Shown: positions 46,586 through 56,554 of the stretch, in pieces
Layout: each line of letters starts with the position of its first letter
Numbering within the stretch: position 1 is the first letter of the stretch
Origin: a bacterium
Lineage (GTDB): Bacteria > Ratteibacteria > UBA8468 > B48-G9 > DSTR01
Assembly (NCBI GenBank): GCA_029551285.1
Contig: JAKPFT010000018.1
Coordinates: 6,584-70,583 of the forward strand
Length of the DNA: 64,000 nt
Direction: 5' to 3'
Notes under the pieces: generated by a model
What the model saw: the letters and a program-made list of their open reading frames with translations, nothing else
The model's database searches: none
What the model was told of the DNA's origin: nothing
Program-made: the position numbers and the translations under genes

Positions 46586-46907
46586 TTTTCTTGTTTCTGT
46601 CAATGGTTTTGCAACTGCTTCTTTCCCTACCCTTCCCCTGTCTAAAAAAGGAAGGGGACAGCTGGCGAACGAATTGCGAAGGCACAGATACAAGACAAGA
46701 TGAAAAGCGGCAGCGTTCGGTAAGCGGACCGGAGAAGTTTATCCGGGACGCAATACCTTACTCGGCGGTGTCTCCAGCTCGCCACCTGGCGAGCGAGTTC
46801 GCCGAGCAACCGATTTCGGCGTAGTCCTTGTCTGTGCCGGAGCACTTTGAGTGAGCCAGTTCGTTCCCTTTCTTTTCATTCCTTAATTTCTTTTCTTTTT
46901 TTGACAC
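46586..46907 (-). repeat. Solo copy of the ~300-bp structured element (head + core + tail)
   Basis: Reverse complement matches the 30.3-31.2 kb units along their length, including the GTGTCAAAAAA head and the AGTTGCAAAACCATTGACAGAAACAAGAAAA tail. Confidence 0.95.
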
Positions 46908-46916
46908 TACCCCTGC

Positions 46917-47606
46917 CTACGTGATTTTTGTTTTTTCGGTGCGTTCAATCCGGCCATCTTTTAAGTATACGACCTTCGTGGCTATCTGTAAAAAGATTTC
47001 GTTGTGGGTGGCGATGACAAAAGTGGCTGTCTGCTGCTGGTTCAACCGGCCGATGAGGTCAAGCAGAGATGCTGCCGCCTGCCGGTCAATGGAGCCGGTG
47101 GGTTCGTCGGCGAAGACAACCTGGGGCTGGCAGATTAAACTCCGGCAGATGGCCACCCTTTGCATTTCTCCTCCGGAAAGCTGGGCCGGGTAAGCATTTT
47201 TCTTCCCCAGCAGGTCAAACCTGGCCAGAAGTTCCTCGGCCTGCCGGCGATAGCCGTTGAGCCCGCTGGCCTGCCTTTCTTTAATCCATAATGGCAGGAA
47301 GACATTTTCCCGGACCGTCAACTCCGGCAGGAGATGAAAAAACTGGAAGACAAAGCCAAAGTTCCGGTTGCGCAGACGAGCCGCCTCCGGGTCAGGCAGA
47401 TGGGTAATTTCCTGGCCGTTAAGGAAGACCCGACCAGAACTCGGCCGGTCTAAAATGGCCAGGAGATTTAAAAGGGTGGTTTTCCCTGACCCGGATGGAC
47501 CCAGCACCACCACGATGTCACCCTGCTGGATCTCCACGGTAACATCAGAAAGCGCAGTCACCGCTCCGTACTTTTTGGTTAAGCCTTCGCCTCTTAACAG
47601 AGCCAT
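46917..47606 (-). CDS. lolD: Lipoprotein-releasing system ATP-binding protein LolD
   Basis: GPSGSGKT, GFVFQFFHLLPEL, LSGGEMQR, ADEPTG. Lies downstream of lolC/E. Confidence 0.85.
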   Translation of the reverse strand: MALLRGEGLTKKYGAVTALSDVTVEIQQGDIVVVLGPSGSGKTTLLNLLAILDRPSSGRVFLNGQEITHLPDPEAARLRNRNFGFVFQFFHLLPELTVRENVFLPLWIKERQASGLNGYRRQAEELLARFDLLGKKNAYPAQLSGGEMQRVAICRSLICQPQVVFADEPTGSIDRQAAASLLDLIGRLNQQQTATFVIATHNEIFLQIATKVVYLKDGRIERTEKTKIT

Positions 47607-47616
47607 TTTTCTTCAC

Positions 47617-48801
47617 TCACTCATACTTCAACGCTTCCACGGGGTTGAGTCTGGCAGCCCGACGGGCCGGGTAAAAACTGGCCAGGCTAACAATAACCAG
47701 AACCGCCAGTGAAATAAAACCCACATCTTTCCATGCAATCTCAATGGGCAGCCGGGAAAGGTTGTAGACAAATTCAGGCAGCCGGATGAACTGGTAGCGG
47801 CGCAGCAGGTAACTGAGCAGTCCTCCCAGAAGCAAACCAGCAAGCAATCCTTCCACTCCCAGAAGTAATCCCTGGCAGAAGAAAATTTTTCCGATATCCC
47901 CGGCGGAAAGGCCAACCGCCCGCAGAATTCCGATTTCCCTGGTTTTGCGAAAGACCGTAATCATCAGGGTGGAAACGATGTTGAAGGAAGCCACCAGAAT
48001 AATAAGCACCAAAATTATCGCCATCGCCTTTTTTTCCAGGGCCAGGGCCGCGAAAAGGATTTTGTTTTTCTGAATCCAGGTGGTTACCGGATAACGGTCT
48101 TTCAGAAGCCGGCTGATTTTCTCAGCCAGTGCCTCTGAGGCGTAGATATTATCGCTGCGTATTCCCAGGCCGTGAACCACATCGCCCAGACCGAAAAGTT
48201 GTTGAACATTGGTCAGGGCTGTCAGACCCACGGAAACATCGTAACTGTAAACTCCGCATTCAATGATGCCGGTAACCTTAAAGGTTTGCTGCCTGGCCAG
48301 CAGACCGCCGATGACCGTGACCTGGTCTCCGACATCCACTTCCAGTTCCCGGGCCAGTTCGCTTCCTAAGACCAGACCCTGATGGAGACAGTCCAGCCCG
48401 CCTTTCCTGAAAAATTCAGCCAGATTGGTCACCTTCGGTTCAGCCAGCGGATCCACCCCCTTCAGAATACCACCAAGCAGATAGTGGGAGGAACGATAAA
48501 TCACCTGGGAAGAAAGGAAAGGGGCTATTCCCTGAACGCCGGCCAGCGGGGAAACCTGCTTCATCATCTGGCGGTAATCGTGAAGAAGGGGTCTTCCTTC
48601 AATGTAGATGGTGGGATTGGCCCCGACAATTTTTTTCTTCAGTTCGTTGGAAAAGCCATTCATAACCCCCAGAACTAACATCAGGGTGGTCACTCCCAGG
48701 GCAATGCCCGCCACGGAGAAAAGGCTGAGGAACCAGAGAAAATTTTCCTTAGCCCCCCGGCCAGCAAATTTCTGCGAGAGGAAGAAGATCAGGGAGAACA
48801 T
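47617..48801 (-). CDS. lolC: Lipoprotein-releasing ABC permease LolC/E
   Basis: GIALGV..L..VLGVMNGF, ASFNIVSTL, EIGILRAVG, YPARRAARLNPVEALKYE. Confidence 0.88.
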   Translation of the reverse strand: MFSLIFFLSQKFAGRGAKENFLWFLSLFSVAGIALGVTTLMLVLGVMNGFSNELKKKIVGANPTIYIEGRPLLHDYRQMMKQVSPLAGVQGIAPFLSSQVIYRSSHYLLGGILKGVDPLAEPKVTNLAEFFRKGGLDCLHQGLVLGSELARELEVDVGDQVTVIGGLLARQQTFKVTGIIECGVYSYDVSVGLTALTNVQQLFGLGDVVHGLGIRSDNIYASEALAEKISRLLKDRYPVTTWIQKNKILFAALALEKKAMAIILVLIILVASFNIVSTLMITVFRKTREIGILRAVGLSAGDIGKIFFCQGLLLGVEGLLAGLLLGGLLSYLLRRYQFIRLPEFVYNLSRLPIEIAWKDVGFISLAVLVIVSLASFYPARRAARLNPVEALKYE

Positions 48802-48839
48802 GATTAATAAGAAGTGGTGCCATGTTACTCTGTCGCAGA

Positions 48840-48868
48840 ATGATACTGCGGTGACCGATGGCTGTCAA
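48840..48868 (-). promoter_or_regulatory. sigma70 promoter at the head of the lol-clp-bam-lpx gene run
   Basis: Minus strand TTGACA-17-TATCAT. Confidence 0.75.
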
Positions 48869-48943
48869 ATGGAAGTCCCGGGTTAAACTTGTTGGGAAGT
48901 TTAACCCTGGCCAGGAGAATGCTGGTATACTATAATCCACCAG

Positions 48944-51073
48944 ATGCAGGAAAAGGAAATGATTGCCGGGAAAGAAGCAGTCAGTAATGTGTCCCTGCCC
49001 TTCCAGCCTGAGTGGATCTGGACAGAAGCCGGTGGCCGGAGAAACCAGTATGTGGCTTTCCGTCTGGTGGTTGAAGGGCTGTCGGGAGAAAAATTTTTAG
49101 AATCGGTGCCGGTCTGGGTCAGCGCTGGCAATCTTTATCGGCTTTATCTCAACGGCCATTACCTCGGTCGGGGACCGGTCCGGGAATGGTCCGGCTGTGC
49201 CGGCCTGGACCGTTATGAACTTGCGCCCTGGCTCCAGCCCGGTCGCAATGTCCTCAGCGCTCTGGTCCACTACTTCGGGGAAAATGTGGGTGGCTGGCCG
49301 CTATCACCGCCGGGTTTCCTTCTTGCAGGCTCCCTCGGAAAAAAGCCGCTTTCCACCGGGGTGGCTGCCTGGGAAGCTGTTCAAATAACAGCCTGGAACT
49401 CAGCCTCGCCCCGGGTAAATCTTTACAATGGTTTCACAGAAGAAGTAAATCTCAGACGCTGGGACAGGGCCATCTGGGAGACAGGCAGTGACAGGGCTGG
49501 ATGGCAAAAGGCTGTGGTCGTTGCCACGGCCAGGGGAGAAAGGCGTTTTCTCCAGCCAAGACAGATTCCGCCTCTGAAAGAAATATTGTTGTCGCCCCTG
49601 ACGCTTGTTAAGGCTGGCAAAAACTTCAGTCTTTACGCTGCTCCGCGCTTGGTCTCCGGCAGTCTGGAAATGGAACTAATGGCGGAGAAACCGGTAAAGT
49701 TAAAAGTGTGGTATAGCGACCGACTTTCCAGGGGGAAAATTGAACCCGGAGTTGAGCCAGAAAATTCCAATACTTCCTGTGACCGCTTAAAAGTCCCGGT
49801 CGGCCGGCACCGCTGGTACGGCGCTTTCCTCCTGCGGGGATTTCGTTATGTCCAGATTAACGGGAAAGACCTTCAGTCCCTGAAAATGGAGTTGCAGCCC
49901 CGGGAAATCCTCTATCCCTGTGTGAACCGGGCTGTTTTTGAGACAAGCGACGGCTGGCTGAACCGCTGCTGGGAAATGGCCCGGCTAACGTTGCGTCTGT
50001 GCCTGGCGGACACCTACCTGGATAATCCTTCCCGGGAAAGACAGCAGTACGGCGGAGATGGCTATCTTCAGTCACTTTACGCCTTTGACCTCTTCGGGGA
50101 CCTGGCGCTGTGGCGGCAGTTTCTCCGCCACTTTGCCCGGGGGCAGGGAAGTGACGGTAGCCATCAGTCAGGCGGTCCGTGGTGCTGGAACCAGATTATT
50201 CCAGCCTGGACGCTTCTCTGGATTGAATCGGTGGGTGAATACTGCCGGCATACCCGTGATTTCTCGGTGGCCAGCCAGTACCTCAGCGTGATAGAGAAAG
50301 CCCTGAAATGGTTTTCCGCTCTGGAAGAGGCCGATGGTTTATTGAGGGTGAAAGAACAGTTTGACTGGAAAGGCGGCAAGGTCGTCTGGAACTTCATAGA
50401 CTGGCAGAAGGAAAAAGGTCAGTTGACCGGAGAAGAGGCCCGATTGGCGCTGAACGGTTTCTACGCGATGGCTTTAGGTACCGCGGCCTGGCTTTTTCTG
50501 CTGACGGGAAAACACAGCCTTGCCTCAGCCTTAAAGCGGAAAAGAGCAGCGCTGATAAAGCGGCTAGGAAGTATTGAGAGGTTGCCGGAGCACGCGCTGG
50601 TGACAGCCACCCTGGCTGGTGCTGTCTCCGGGAAGATGGACCAACTGGCCAGGAAGATTTTCCAGCACCGCTCCAGAACCGATGTCATGTTTCTGTTTTT
50701 TACTCTGAAAAGTCTTCTTCAGGAAGACCAGGTGGAAGCGGCGCTGGTCCTGTTGCAGGACATTTTCTCTCCGATGATGAAAGAAGGACCCGGCACCTTC
50801 TGGGAGACCAGGCAGGTGTCAAAAGGTTCCACCCGGGCCCTCTGCCAGGCGATTGGCGCGGCTCCGGCTTACTGGTTGCCCAGACTGGTGACCGGCTTGA
50901 GGGAAGTGGATGCTGACCAGAGGCAATTGAGGTTTGGCCGGCCTTTGCCAGGCGTTGAGGAAGGCTACGTAGTTCTTCCCTGTGTTGATGGTGAGATTGA
51001 GCTGCGAAGCAGGAGAGGGAAGCTGGTCTTTTCCCGCTGTCCGTCCGGCTGGAAAACTGTTGTTTCCGCTTAA
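48944..51073 (+). CDS. Alpha-L-rhamnosidase-like glycoside hydrolase (GH78)
   Basis: Y.LYLNG..LGRGP N-domain, GFRYV, LDNPSRER...GD, FIDW, TFWE. TATAAT at 48931. An alternative start is ATG 48959, which has an SD. Confidence 0.8.
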   Translation: MQEKEMIAGKEAVSNVSLPFQPEWIWTEAGGRRNQYVAFRLVVEGLSGEKFLESVPVWVSAGNLYRLYLNGHYLGRGPVREWSGCAGLDRYELAPWLQPGRNVLSALVHYFGENVGGWPLSPPGFLLAGSLGKKPLSTGVAAWEAVQITAWNSASPRVNLYNGFTEEVNLRRWDRAIWETGSDRAGWQKAVVVATARGERRFLQPRQIPPLKEILLSPLTLVKAGKNFSLYAAPRLVSGSLEMELMAEKPVKLKVWYSDRLSRGKIEPGVEPENSNTSCDRLKVPVGRHRWYGAFLLRGFRYVQINGKDLQSLKMELQPREILYPCVNRAVFETSDGWLNRCWEMARLTLRLCLADTYLDNPSRERQQYGGDGYLQSLYAFDLFGDLALWRQFLRHFARGQGSDGSHQSGGPWCWNQIIPAWTLLWIESVGEYCRHTRDFSVASQYLSVIEKALKWFSALEEADGLLRVKEQFDWKGGKVVWNFIDWQKEKGQLTGEEARLALNGFYAMALGTAAWLFLLTGKHSLASALKRKRAALIKRLGSIERLPEHALVTATLAGAVSGKMDQLARKIFQHRSRTDVMFLFFTLKSLLQEDQVEAALVLLQDIFSPMMKEGPGTFWETRQVSKGSTRALCQAIGAAPAYWLPRLVTGLREVDADQRQLRFGRPLPGVEEGYVVLPCVDGEIELRSRRGKLVFSRCPSGWKTVVSA

Positions 51074-51087
51074 ACAGGGTCGTGAAA

Positions 51088-52086
51088 ATGAAAAAAGAAA
51101 AAGGGTTAGATGGCAAAGGACAACCATTTTCCTTCGGCTTTTGCGATAGCCTTCTGGCTGAAGTGGCTGGCGTCGGCCTGGACCGGCTGCACCGGGATTT
51201 AGCCGCAATTCTCAAAGCCCACGAGGCAATCAAACCGGTGGCAGAACGGTTGGGAGTGGAAGCCCCGCGGCTTCACCTGCCTGGTTTCGCTTACTGTCAT
51301 CTGGCGGCCCTTGGTGCGGAGATTGTCTTCCCGGAAAATTCTGAACCGAAGCCGCTGCCTCTTTTGAAGACGCCGGAGGAGATAGACCACCTGAAGGAAC
51401 CCCGTAACTACCTGGCTGCGCCGTTAATCCGGGAAAGACTGGACCTGGTTGCCCGGTTAAAGGAAAAAGACCCTCAGGCTTCTTCTTCCATCGGTCACCT
51501 TTTTGAAGGACCGCTGACTACGGCCATGCTCCTCCTGGGCGAGAAATTTCTTTACCTTTGCTATGATGACCCGGCCCGAGCTCATAAGTTACTGGACTTC
51601 TGTGTCAGCAGTGCCCTGAATTACACCAGGGCAATTGTTCAGACCCAGGGCGAGAAACTGGAGCCTGGTCCCAGAGGGATACCTGATGATTTTGCCGGTC
51701 TTCTTCCGCCGGCTCTTTTTCAGGAGTTTGTCCTTCCTTACTGGGAAAAGTTATACCGGGGACTGCAGGCGACCCAGCGCCACCTTCACAGCGAACTTCT
51801 TCGGGCAGAACACCTGGGTTATCTGAAGGAAGTTAACATTGGTTGTTTTGACCCCAGCGCTGACCAGTATCTGACTCCGGAGATTCTTAAAGAATACTGC
51901 CCCTGCCCTTTCACTTTAGGGATTCTTTCCTGGCATCTGCGGGACATGAGCGCGGACAAGTTAGAAGAGTTTTACCTGAAACTGGCCGGTTTTCAACCAG
52001 CGATGATTTCCTTTTATATGAGCCGGCTGCAGGAGGAAGAAAAAATCCGCCGTCTTTTGAAGGTAGCCCGGGAGTGGCAAGAGTAA
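51088..52086 (+). CDS. Uroporphyrinogen decarboxylase (URO-D/MtaA-like) family protein
   Basis: EGPLTTA.LL.GE, YDDP..AH.LL, DDFAGLL.P.LF.EFVLPY, HLHS motifs. Confidence 0.7.
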   Translation: MKKEKGLDGKGQPFSFGFCDSLLAEVAGVGLDRLHRDLAAILKAHEAIKPVAERLGVEAPRLHLPGFAYCHLAALGAEIVFPENSEPKPLPLLKTPEEIDHLKEPRNYLAAPLIRERLDLVARLKEKDPQASSSIGHLFEGPLTTAMLLLGEKFLYLCYDDPARAHKLLDFCVSSALNYTRAIVQTQGEKLEPGPRGIPDDFAGLLPPALFQEFVLPYWEKLYRGLQATQRHLHSELLRAEHLGYLKEVNIGCFDPSADQYLTPEILKEYCPCPFTLGILSWHLRDMSADKLEEFYLKLAGFQPAMISFYMSRLQEEEKIRRLLKVAREWQE

Positions 52087-52114
52087 GAAAAATACAGAAC
52101 CCAGGAGGGAACAG

Positions 52115-54916
52115 ATGGAGAAGACTCTTCGGCTGATAGTAGTTTTCTACCTGGTGGTGGCCTGCCCGTCTTTTTCTCAACCGGTGAGAAATATTCTCTG
52201 GGATGGCGGCCTGGAAACCGGTTATGGAAATGGCTACTGGGGCACAATCAGGGGCAACTACGGGCCCAATCGGCGGTCAGCCTGGTCCAATGGTCTGGTC
52301 AGACTCAAGCAGACGGTGGCCAGCCGTTGCTACTGGCTGCAGGAAGGAACCTACAGTCTCTGTGTCTGGGTGAAACGCGCCCCTGGTTTTGAAAAGGAAC
52401 CTCTGGAGATAGGTCTTCTTCTGACAAACCTGAACTATTACGGCGACAAAGAAAAAAATGAGTACCGGAAAAAATTTTCTGTGCCTGAGGGAGAAGGACT
52501 TCACCGGCTGGGATGGAGTTTCACCATCAAGGCGCCAGTGCGGCCGGTCTTCCATGTGGAGATTGCCCCCCTCACCGGGAAAGAAGGCGAAGGCCTGTTT
52601 CTTGATGCGGTGAGTCTTACGCCGGGAGATAAACTCCCGGAGAAGATGGTCCCGGCCGCTGATATAGAAGCAGGCTTTTTTGTTCCTGAAGAGACCGGTA
52701 TTTATAATGACGGAGAGGAAAGGGTTGTAGAGTTGCTCATTGCTAACCACGGTCCGGAGCGGAAAGCCAGGGTTCGCTGGGAAATTTATAATTACCTTGA
52801 GGAACCGGTCAGGTCAGGCGTGGTGGAGGAAGTTTTCCCCGCAGGGAAAACGGTCCGCCGGCGTCTGCCGGTACATGACCTGCCCTGGAACGGGTACCGT
52901 TTCGCCTGTGAAGTGGAAGGTCAGCCGGTGTTGGGTGATGGCCTGGCCGCTTTCTTGCCCGAAATCTCTCAGGATGCCTTTCCCCTCTATGGCGGGGATG
53001 CGGCCATCAATTCTGTTTCCTCTGACTTCACCGGCCGTTTCCTGCGCAAGTTAGGGATGAAGAACGGTACCACCCTTTCCTGCGGTGGTCAGATTGGCCG
53101 CTGGCTGCTGGTCAATCCGGAAGAAGGTAAATACATCTGGCACGATGAAGAGGTGGACACGGTGCGAAGGCAGGGCGTGGAAGTGATTGGTTTTCTCGGG
53201 CTAAAATACCCGCCGGCCTGGGTGCGACAGAAATACATGAAGGGCAACACCATCGTTGACGAAGCCGGTTTTACCAGTGCTTTCTGTACCTATGTGGAAG
53301 CCTTTGTCCGGCACTACCGGGAAAGGATTCCAGTGGTTCATTTTGAAGATGAAATCCATGGCGCCTATCCCATAGAGCAGGTTGCCCGGATTTACCGGGC
53401 CGCCATGGAGACGGTGAGAAAAGTGGCCCGGGAATGCGGAATCAGGGTTACTTCGGGAATCAATGCCACCAAACCTGAGTGGTGGGCAAAATTCATTGAC
53501 CTGGTTGGTCCGTCCTGCATTGATTTTGTCAGCCAGAATACCAATCTGCGGCCATCCTGGACCCTTCAGACCTTGACCATTATGCGGGAGAAGAACTGCT
53601 TTCCTGAATATTTTTACACCATCGGGGTAGGACAGAAAAGCGTTCTCAGGAAGACCTCCTTGATTCTGGACCGGGCCGCCAGCGGCACGCCGCCGGGTCT
53701 TTTTGCCTGGCAGTTGATGATGACGGCCTGGTTGAGCCGTCCCTACGGAACAGAGGAATTCAGGCACGGACCGCTGCTGCGTTTCGGTTACTATGACCTG
53801 CGGACCCTGGGCCAGGCCGTTTACATTCCGCAGGCCGGCAAAACCGGTCTGGAGTATGACAACTCGCCCACCCTTGGCCTGCAGGCGCTGGCCATGCAGA
53901 AATACTGGCTTTCCGGGAAACGGCCGGTTAGAGACTTCCAGAGTCCACTCAGTCTGAAAGGCTATCCCACAGCCACAGAACCACTCTTTGCCTACCCCTT
54001 CCGGGACGAGAAGTCAGCGGTGATTGTTCTGACCACTGCCGAGGCCGTGGACCTCAACTCCAGGGACTTTGATTGTCAGTGGCGACTTTCCGGGATTGAT
54101 TTCAGCCGCTACCGTGGAAAAGACATTTACGGACAACCGCTGGTGGTTGCACCTGACGGCTCACTTTCCGTCAAGCAGTTGCCGGTTATCTTCCCGGAGT
54201 GTCCGGCCGAGAAACTTTCTGAAACGTTGGCGGCTTTCCGTCAACTCAAGGGGGAAAGGGGCGTGGCCAGCCGGAGTCAGCAGCTTACTTATGGAAATTA
54301 TCTTGTCCGGATAAACCCGGATGAGCCAGGTTACCTGTGGATAAGCCGCAAGGAGAAAGACCGGGAAGTTCCACTCCTGGACCGCCTCACCGGTTATCCT
54401 GCCTTACCGAAACCTGAAGTGGAAATCAGTGAAACCAGAACCGCCGGTTCGGTTCTTCTGAAATTTGGCCAGTTAATCCAGTTAGGAGTACGGGTCTCAT
54501 CAGAGGGGGTGTCCCTTCAATGGAGCCACAGCAACAATCAAACCAGCCCGGTGCAGCAGTCAGTGCGTTTCCGGGTGACCTACGCTGGTGCCGGCCGGGA
54601 AATTGTTATTCAGGAGGGAGAAAGGATCATCGCCGGCAAACTGCGGGAAGACTACGGCGAACTGGTTCCCCTGCCAGCGCCGGCTCCGGCGGCTATTCCG
54701 GTTAACTCTTCCCGGGTCACGATAAAGGATTTTGCAACTTTTGACCTTTCCGGCGCTACCGGCCAGGGAATCTTCAGCCCGTCAACCGGCTTTCGCTGGA
54801 AGACCCAGGATGGTGAGGCTTTCCTGGAAGCCGTCTATACAATTAATCCTTATGCCGGCGGTGGTTCCAGAGGAGTGCAACGGATTCACCTGGAGATTAA
54901 AGTTGTTGCGCCGTAA
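52115..54916 (+). CDS. Secreted putative clan GH-A (GH39/GH42-like) glycoside hydrolase with CBM-like N-domain
   Basis: Signal peptide, NILWDGGLE CBM4/9-like start, W..V.PEEGKY.W..D, P.W, FV.HYR.RI...EDE. Confidence 0.6.
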   Translation: MEKTLRLIVVFYLVVACPSFSQPVRNILWDGGLETGYGNGYWGTIRGNYGPNRRSAWSNGLVRLKQTVASRCYWLQEGTYSLCVWVKRAPGFEKEPLEIGLLLTNLNYYGDKEKNEYRKKFSVPEGEGLHRLGWSFTIKAPVRPVFHVEIAPLTGKEGEGLFLDAVSLTPGDKLPEKMVPAADIEAGFFVPEETGIYNDGEERVVELLIANHGPERKARVRWEIYNYLEEPVRSGVVEEVFPAGKTVRRRLPVHDLPWNGYRFACEVEGQPVLGDGLAAFLPEISQDAFPLYGGDAAINSVSSDFTGRFLRKLGMKNGTTLSCGGQIGRWLLVNPEEGKYIWHDEEVDTVRRQGVEVIGFLGLKYPPAWVRQKYMKGNTIVDEAGFTSAFCTYVEAFVRHYRERIPVVHFEDEIHGAYPIEQVARIYRAAMETVRKVARECGIRVTSGINATKPEWWAKFIDLVGPSCIDFVSQNTNLRPSWTLQTLTIMREKNCFPEYFYTIGVGQKSVLRKTSLILDRAASGTPPGLFAWQLMMTAWLSRPYGTEEFRHGPLLRFGYYDLRTLGQAVYIPQAGKTGLEYDNSPTLGLQALAMQKYWLSGKRPVRDFQSPLSLKGYPTATEPLFAYPFRDEKSAVIVLTTAEAVDLNSRDFDCQWRLSGIDFSRYRGKDIYGQPLVVAPDGSLSVKQLPVIFPECPAEKLSETLAAFRQLKGERGVASRSQQLTYGNYLVRINPDEPGYLWISRKEKDREVPLLDRLTGYPALPKPEVEISETRTAGSVLLKFGQLIQLGVRVSSEGVSLQWSHSNNQTSPVQQSVRFRVTYAGAGREIVIQEGERIIAGKLREDYGELVPLPAPAPAAIPVNSSRVTIKDFATFDLSGATGQGIFSPSTGFRWKTQDGEAFLEAVYTINPYAGGGSRGVQRIHLEIKVVAP

Positions 54917-54994
54917 TCCCGGGGAAAAGGGAAAAAGTGCGCTGGCGCCGGCGCTGCCTGGGCGGGAGCGACTTCTGACAGTAGTCCACGATTT

Positions 54995-56554
54995 TCAGGG
55001 AGAGACTTTTTCCACGGAAAGGCCGCGCCTTTCCAGGAGGGAACCTTCCAGCCGAAACAGGTCCACCAGTGAAGTAAGGTAGTTCACCACAGCCTCAATC
55101 TCCGCAATCTGGCTGGAGAGAAGGTCTCGCTGGGTCTGGGCAACCAGAAGGGGCGTGGAACGGCCCACACGAAACTTTTCTGTTTCGGCCCGCAGTTTCT
55201 CTTCCTGCAGCACTCTGGTGGCTGCCACCGCCGTAATCTGCTGATAGGTGCGATTCACTTCCAGGTAAGCGGAGCGGACATCCAGGATGACCAGCTGAGA
55301 CAGGTTTTCCAGGGCTTCCTCAGCCTGCTGTCGGCTCAGCCTGGCGCGCTGGTACTGGGCCTTAGCCTGCCGGTTGCCCACCGGCCACTGAAAGGCCAGA
55401 CCGGCCGCAACCTCATAACCTTTTCCGGTAATGTCCTGAAGTGAGCCACCAAAAGAATTAGCATAGCCGGTTTTTCCCAGCGTCAGAAAAAAATCTAATT
55501 TAGGTAACAGACCATTTTTTGTTTTCACCAGTTCCACCTCGTTCCGCTGAAGGCTCAAACGCGCCTGCTGCAGTTCCGGACGAAGCCGCAGCGCCAGGGC
55601 ACAGTGGTTTTCAATGGCATCAAGTTTCACCTGCGGGACAGCCGGCAGGTCCTTAAGGATAACTTCACTTTCCCAGGAGCCATCTGGCGGATTCAACAAT
55701 CTTAACAGTTGTAACCGGATACTTTCCATTTTGCTGGTGGCGTTGATAAGCGCTTCCCGGCGCAGGGCCACTTCTGCCTGAGCCGCGGCCAGTTCAATCT
55801 CAGCCAGTTTGCCCACACTGATTTTTTCCTCAGTCTCCTTCAGTTGCTGCTCGGCTAACTTCAGGGAGTCCTGGTAGATTTCTATCTCTCTTCTGGCTAA
55901 AGCATACTGCCAGTAAGTTTTTTCAATCTCAGCCACGATGTTTTCCGCCAGTGCCTGCAACTCGTATTCAGAAGCAAAACTGTCCAGTCTGGCCTGCCGC
56001 AGTCTGGCCAGATTGGCTTCTACGTCAGCACCCTGCAGCAACGCCTGGGTCACCGTCAGTCCCAGTCTGGTGGTGTGCAGGTTGCTGTAAAGGCTGGACC
56101 AGTCTTTTGCGGTGCTTAACTCAGTCACGAAACTGGTTCCGCCAGGCAGAAGACGGCTGAAACCACCACTTAAGTTAACCTGGCTGCTGGTGGTTCCGGT
56201 TAAGGCGCCAGTGGTCCGGGAGGGTGTTTGAGCGTGCTGCCGGGAAAGAGAAAGACCGGCTTCAAGGGTCGGGTCAAACCTTGCCTTTTCCTCTTCTTCG
56301 TATGTTTTGCGAACAGCTGGAGTAAGTTTCTCCACCCGCAGCGCCTGGTTGTTCTGAAGCCCCAGAAGCACGGCCTCCCGCAGGCCGAGAGTGAGCGTTT
56401 TCGCCGCCAGGGCAGTCTCTGACCTGGTGGCGGAACTTAAGGAGGGGGCCGCCTCAGTTCCGATAAGTTTTGTCAGAAACAGGATGCTGACCAGCAGGAG
56501 AATTTCCTTCCCTGATTTCTGAGAAACCCACCCGGATAGTTTTCTTTCAGGCAT
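54995..56554 (-). CDS. TolC-family outer membrane efflux protein
   Basis: L.L.EAV..GLQNN, two OEP repeats, E.EKF.VG.ST...V..Q. Lies downstream of the RND permease. Confidence 0.9.
   Translation of the reverse strand: MPERKLSGWVSQKSGKEILLLVSILFLTKLIGTEAAPSLSSATRSETALAAKTLTLGLREAVLLGLQNNQALRVEKLTPAVRKTYEEEEKARFDPTLEAGLSLSRQHAQTPSRTTGALTGTTSSQVNLSGGFSRLLPGGTSFVTELSTAKDWSSLYSNLHTTRLGLTVTQALLQGADVEANLARLRQARLDSFASEYELQALAENIVAEIEKTYWQYALARREIEIYQDSLKLAEQQLKETEEKISVGKLAEIELAAAQAEVALRREALINATSKMESIRLQLLRLLNPPDGSWESEVILKDLPAVPQVKLDAIENHCALALRLRPELQQARLSLQRNEVELVKTKNGLLPKLDFFLTLGKTGYANSFGGSLQDITGKGYEVAAGLAFQWPVGNRQAKAQYQRARLSRQQAEEALENLSQLVILDVRSAYLEVNRTYQQITAVAATRVLQEEKLRAETEKFRVGRSTPLLVAQTQRDLLSSQIAEIEAVVNYLTSLVDLFRLEGSLLERRGLSVEKVSP

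Noticed and set aside
54925-54960. Intrinsic terminator between the convergent GH and TolC genes
   Set aside because: A GC-rich dyad next to an A-tract is present, but the minus-strand stem is short and mismatched, so it is not supportable.
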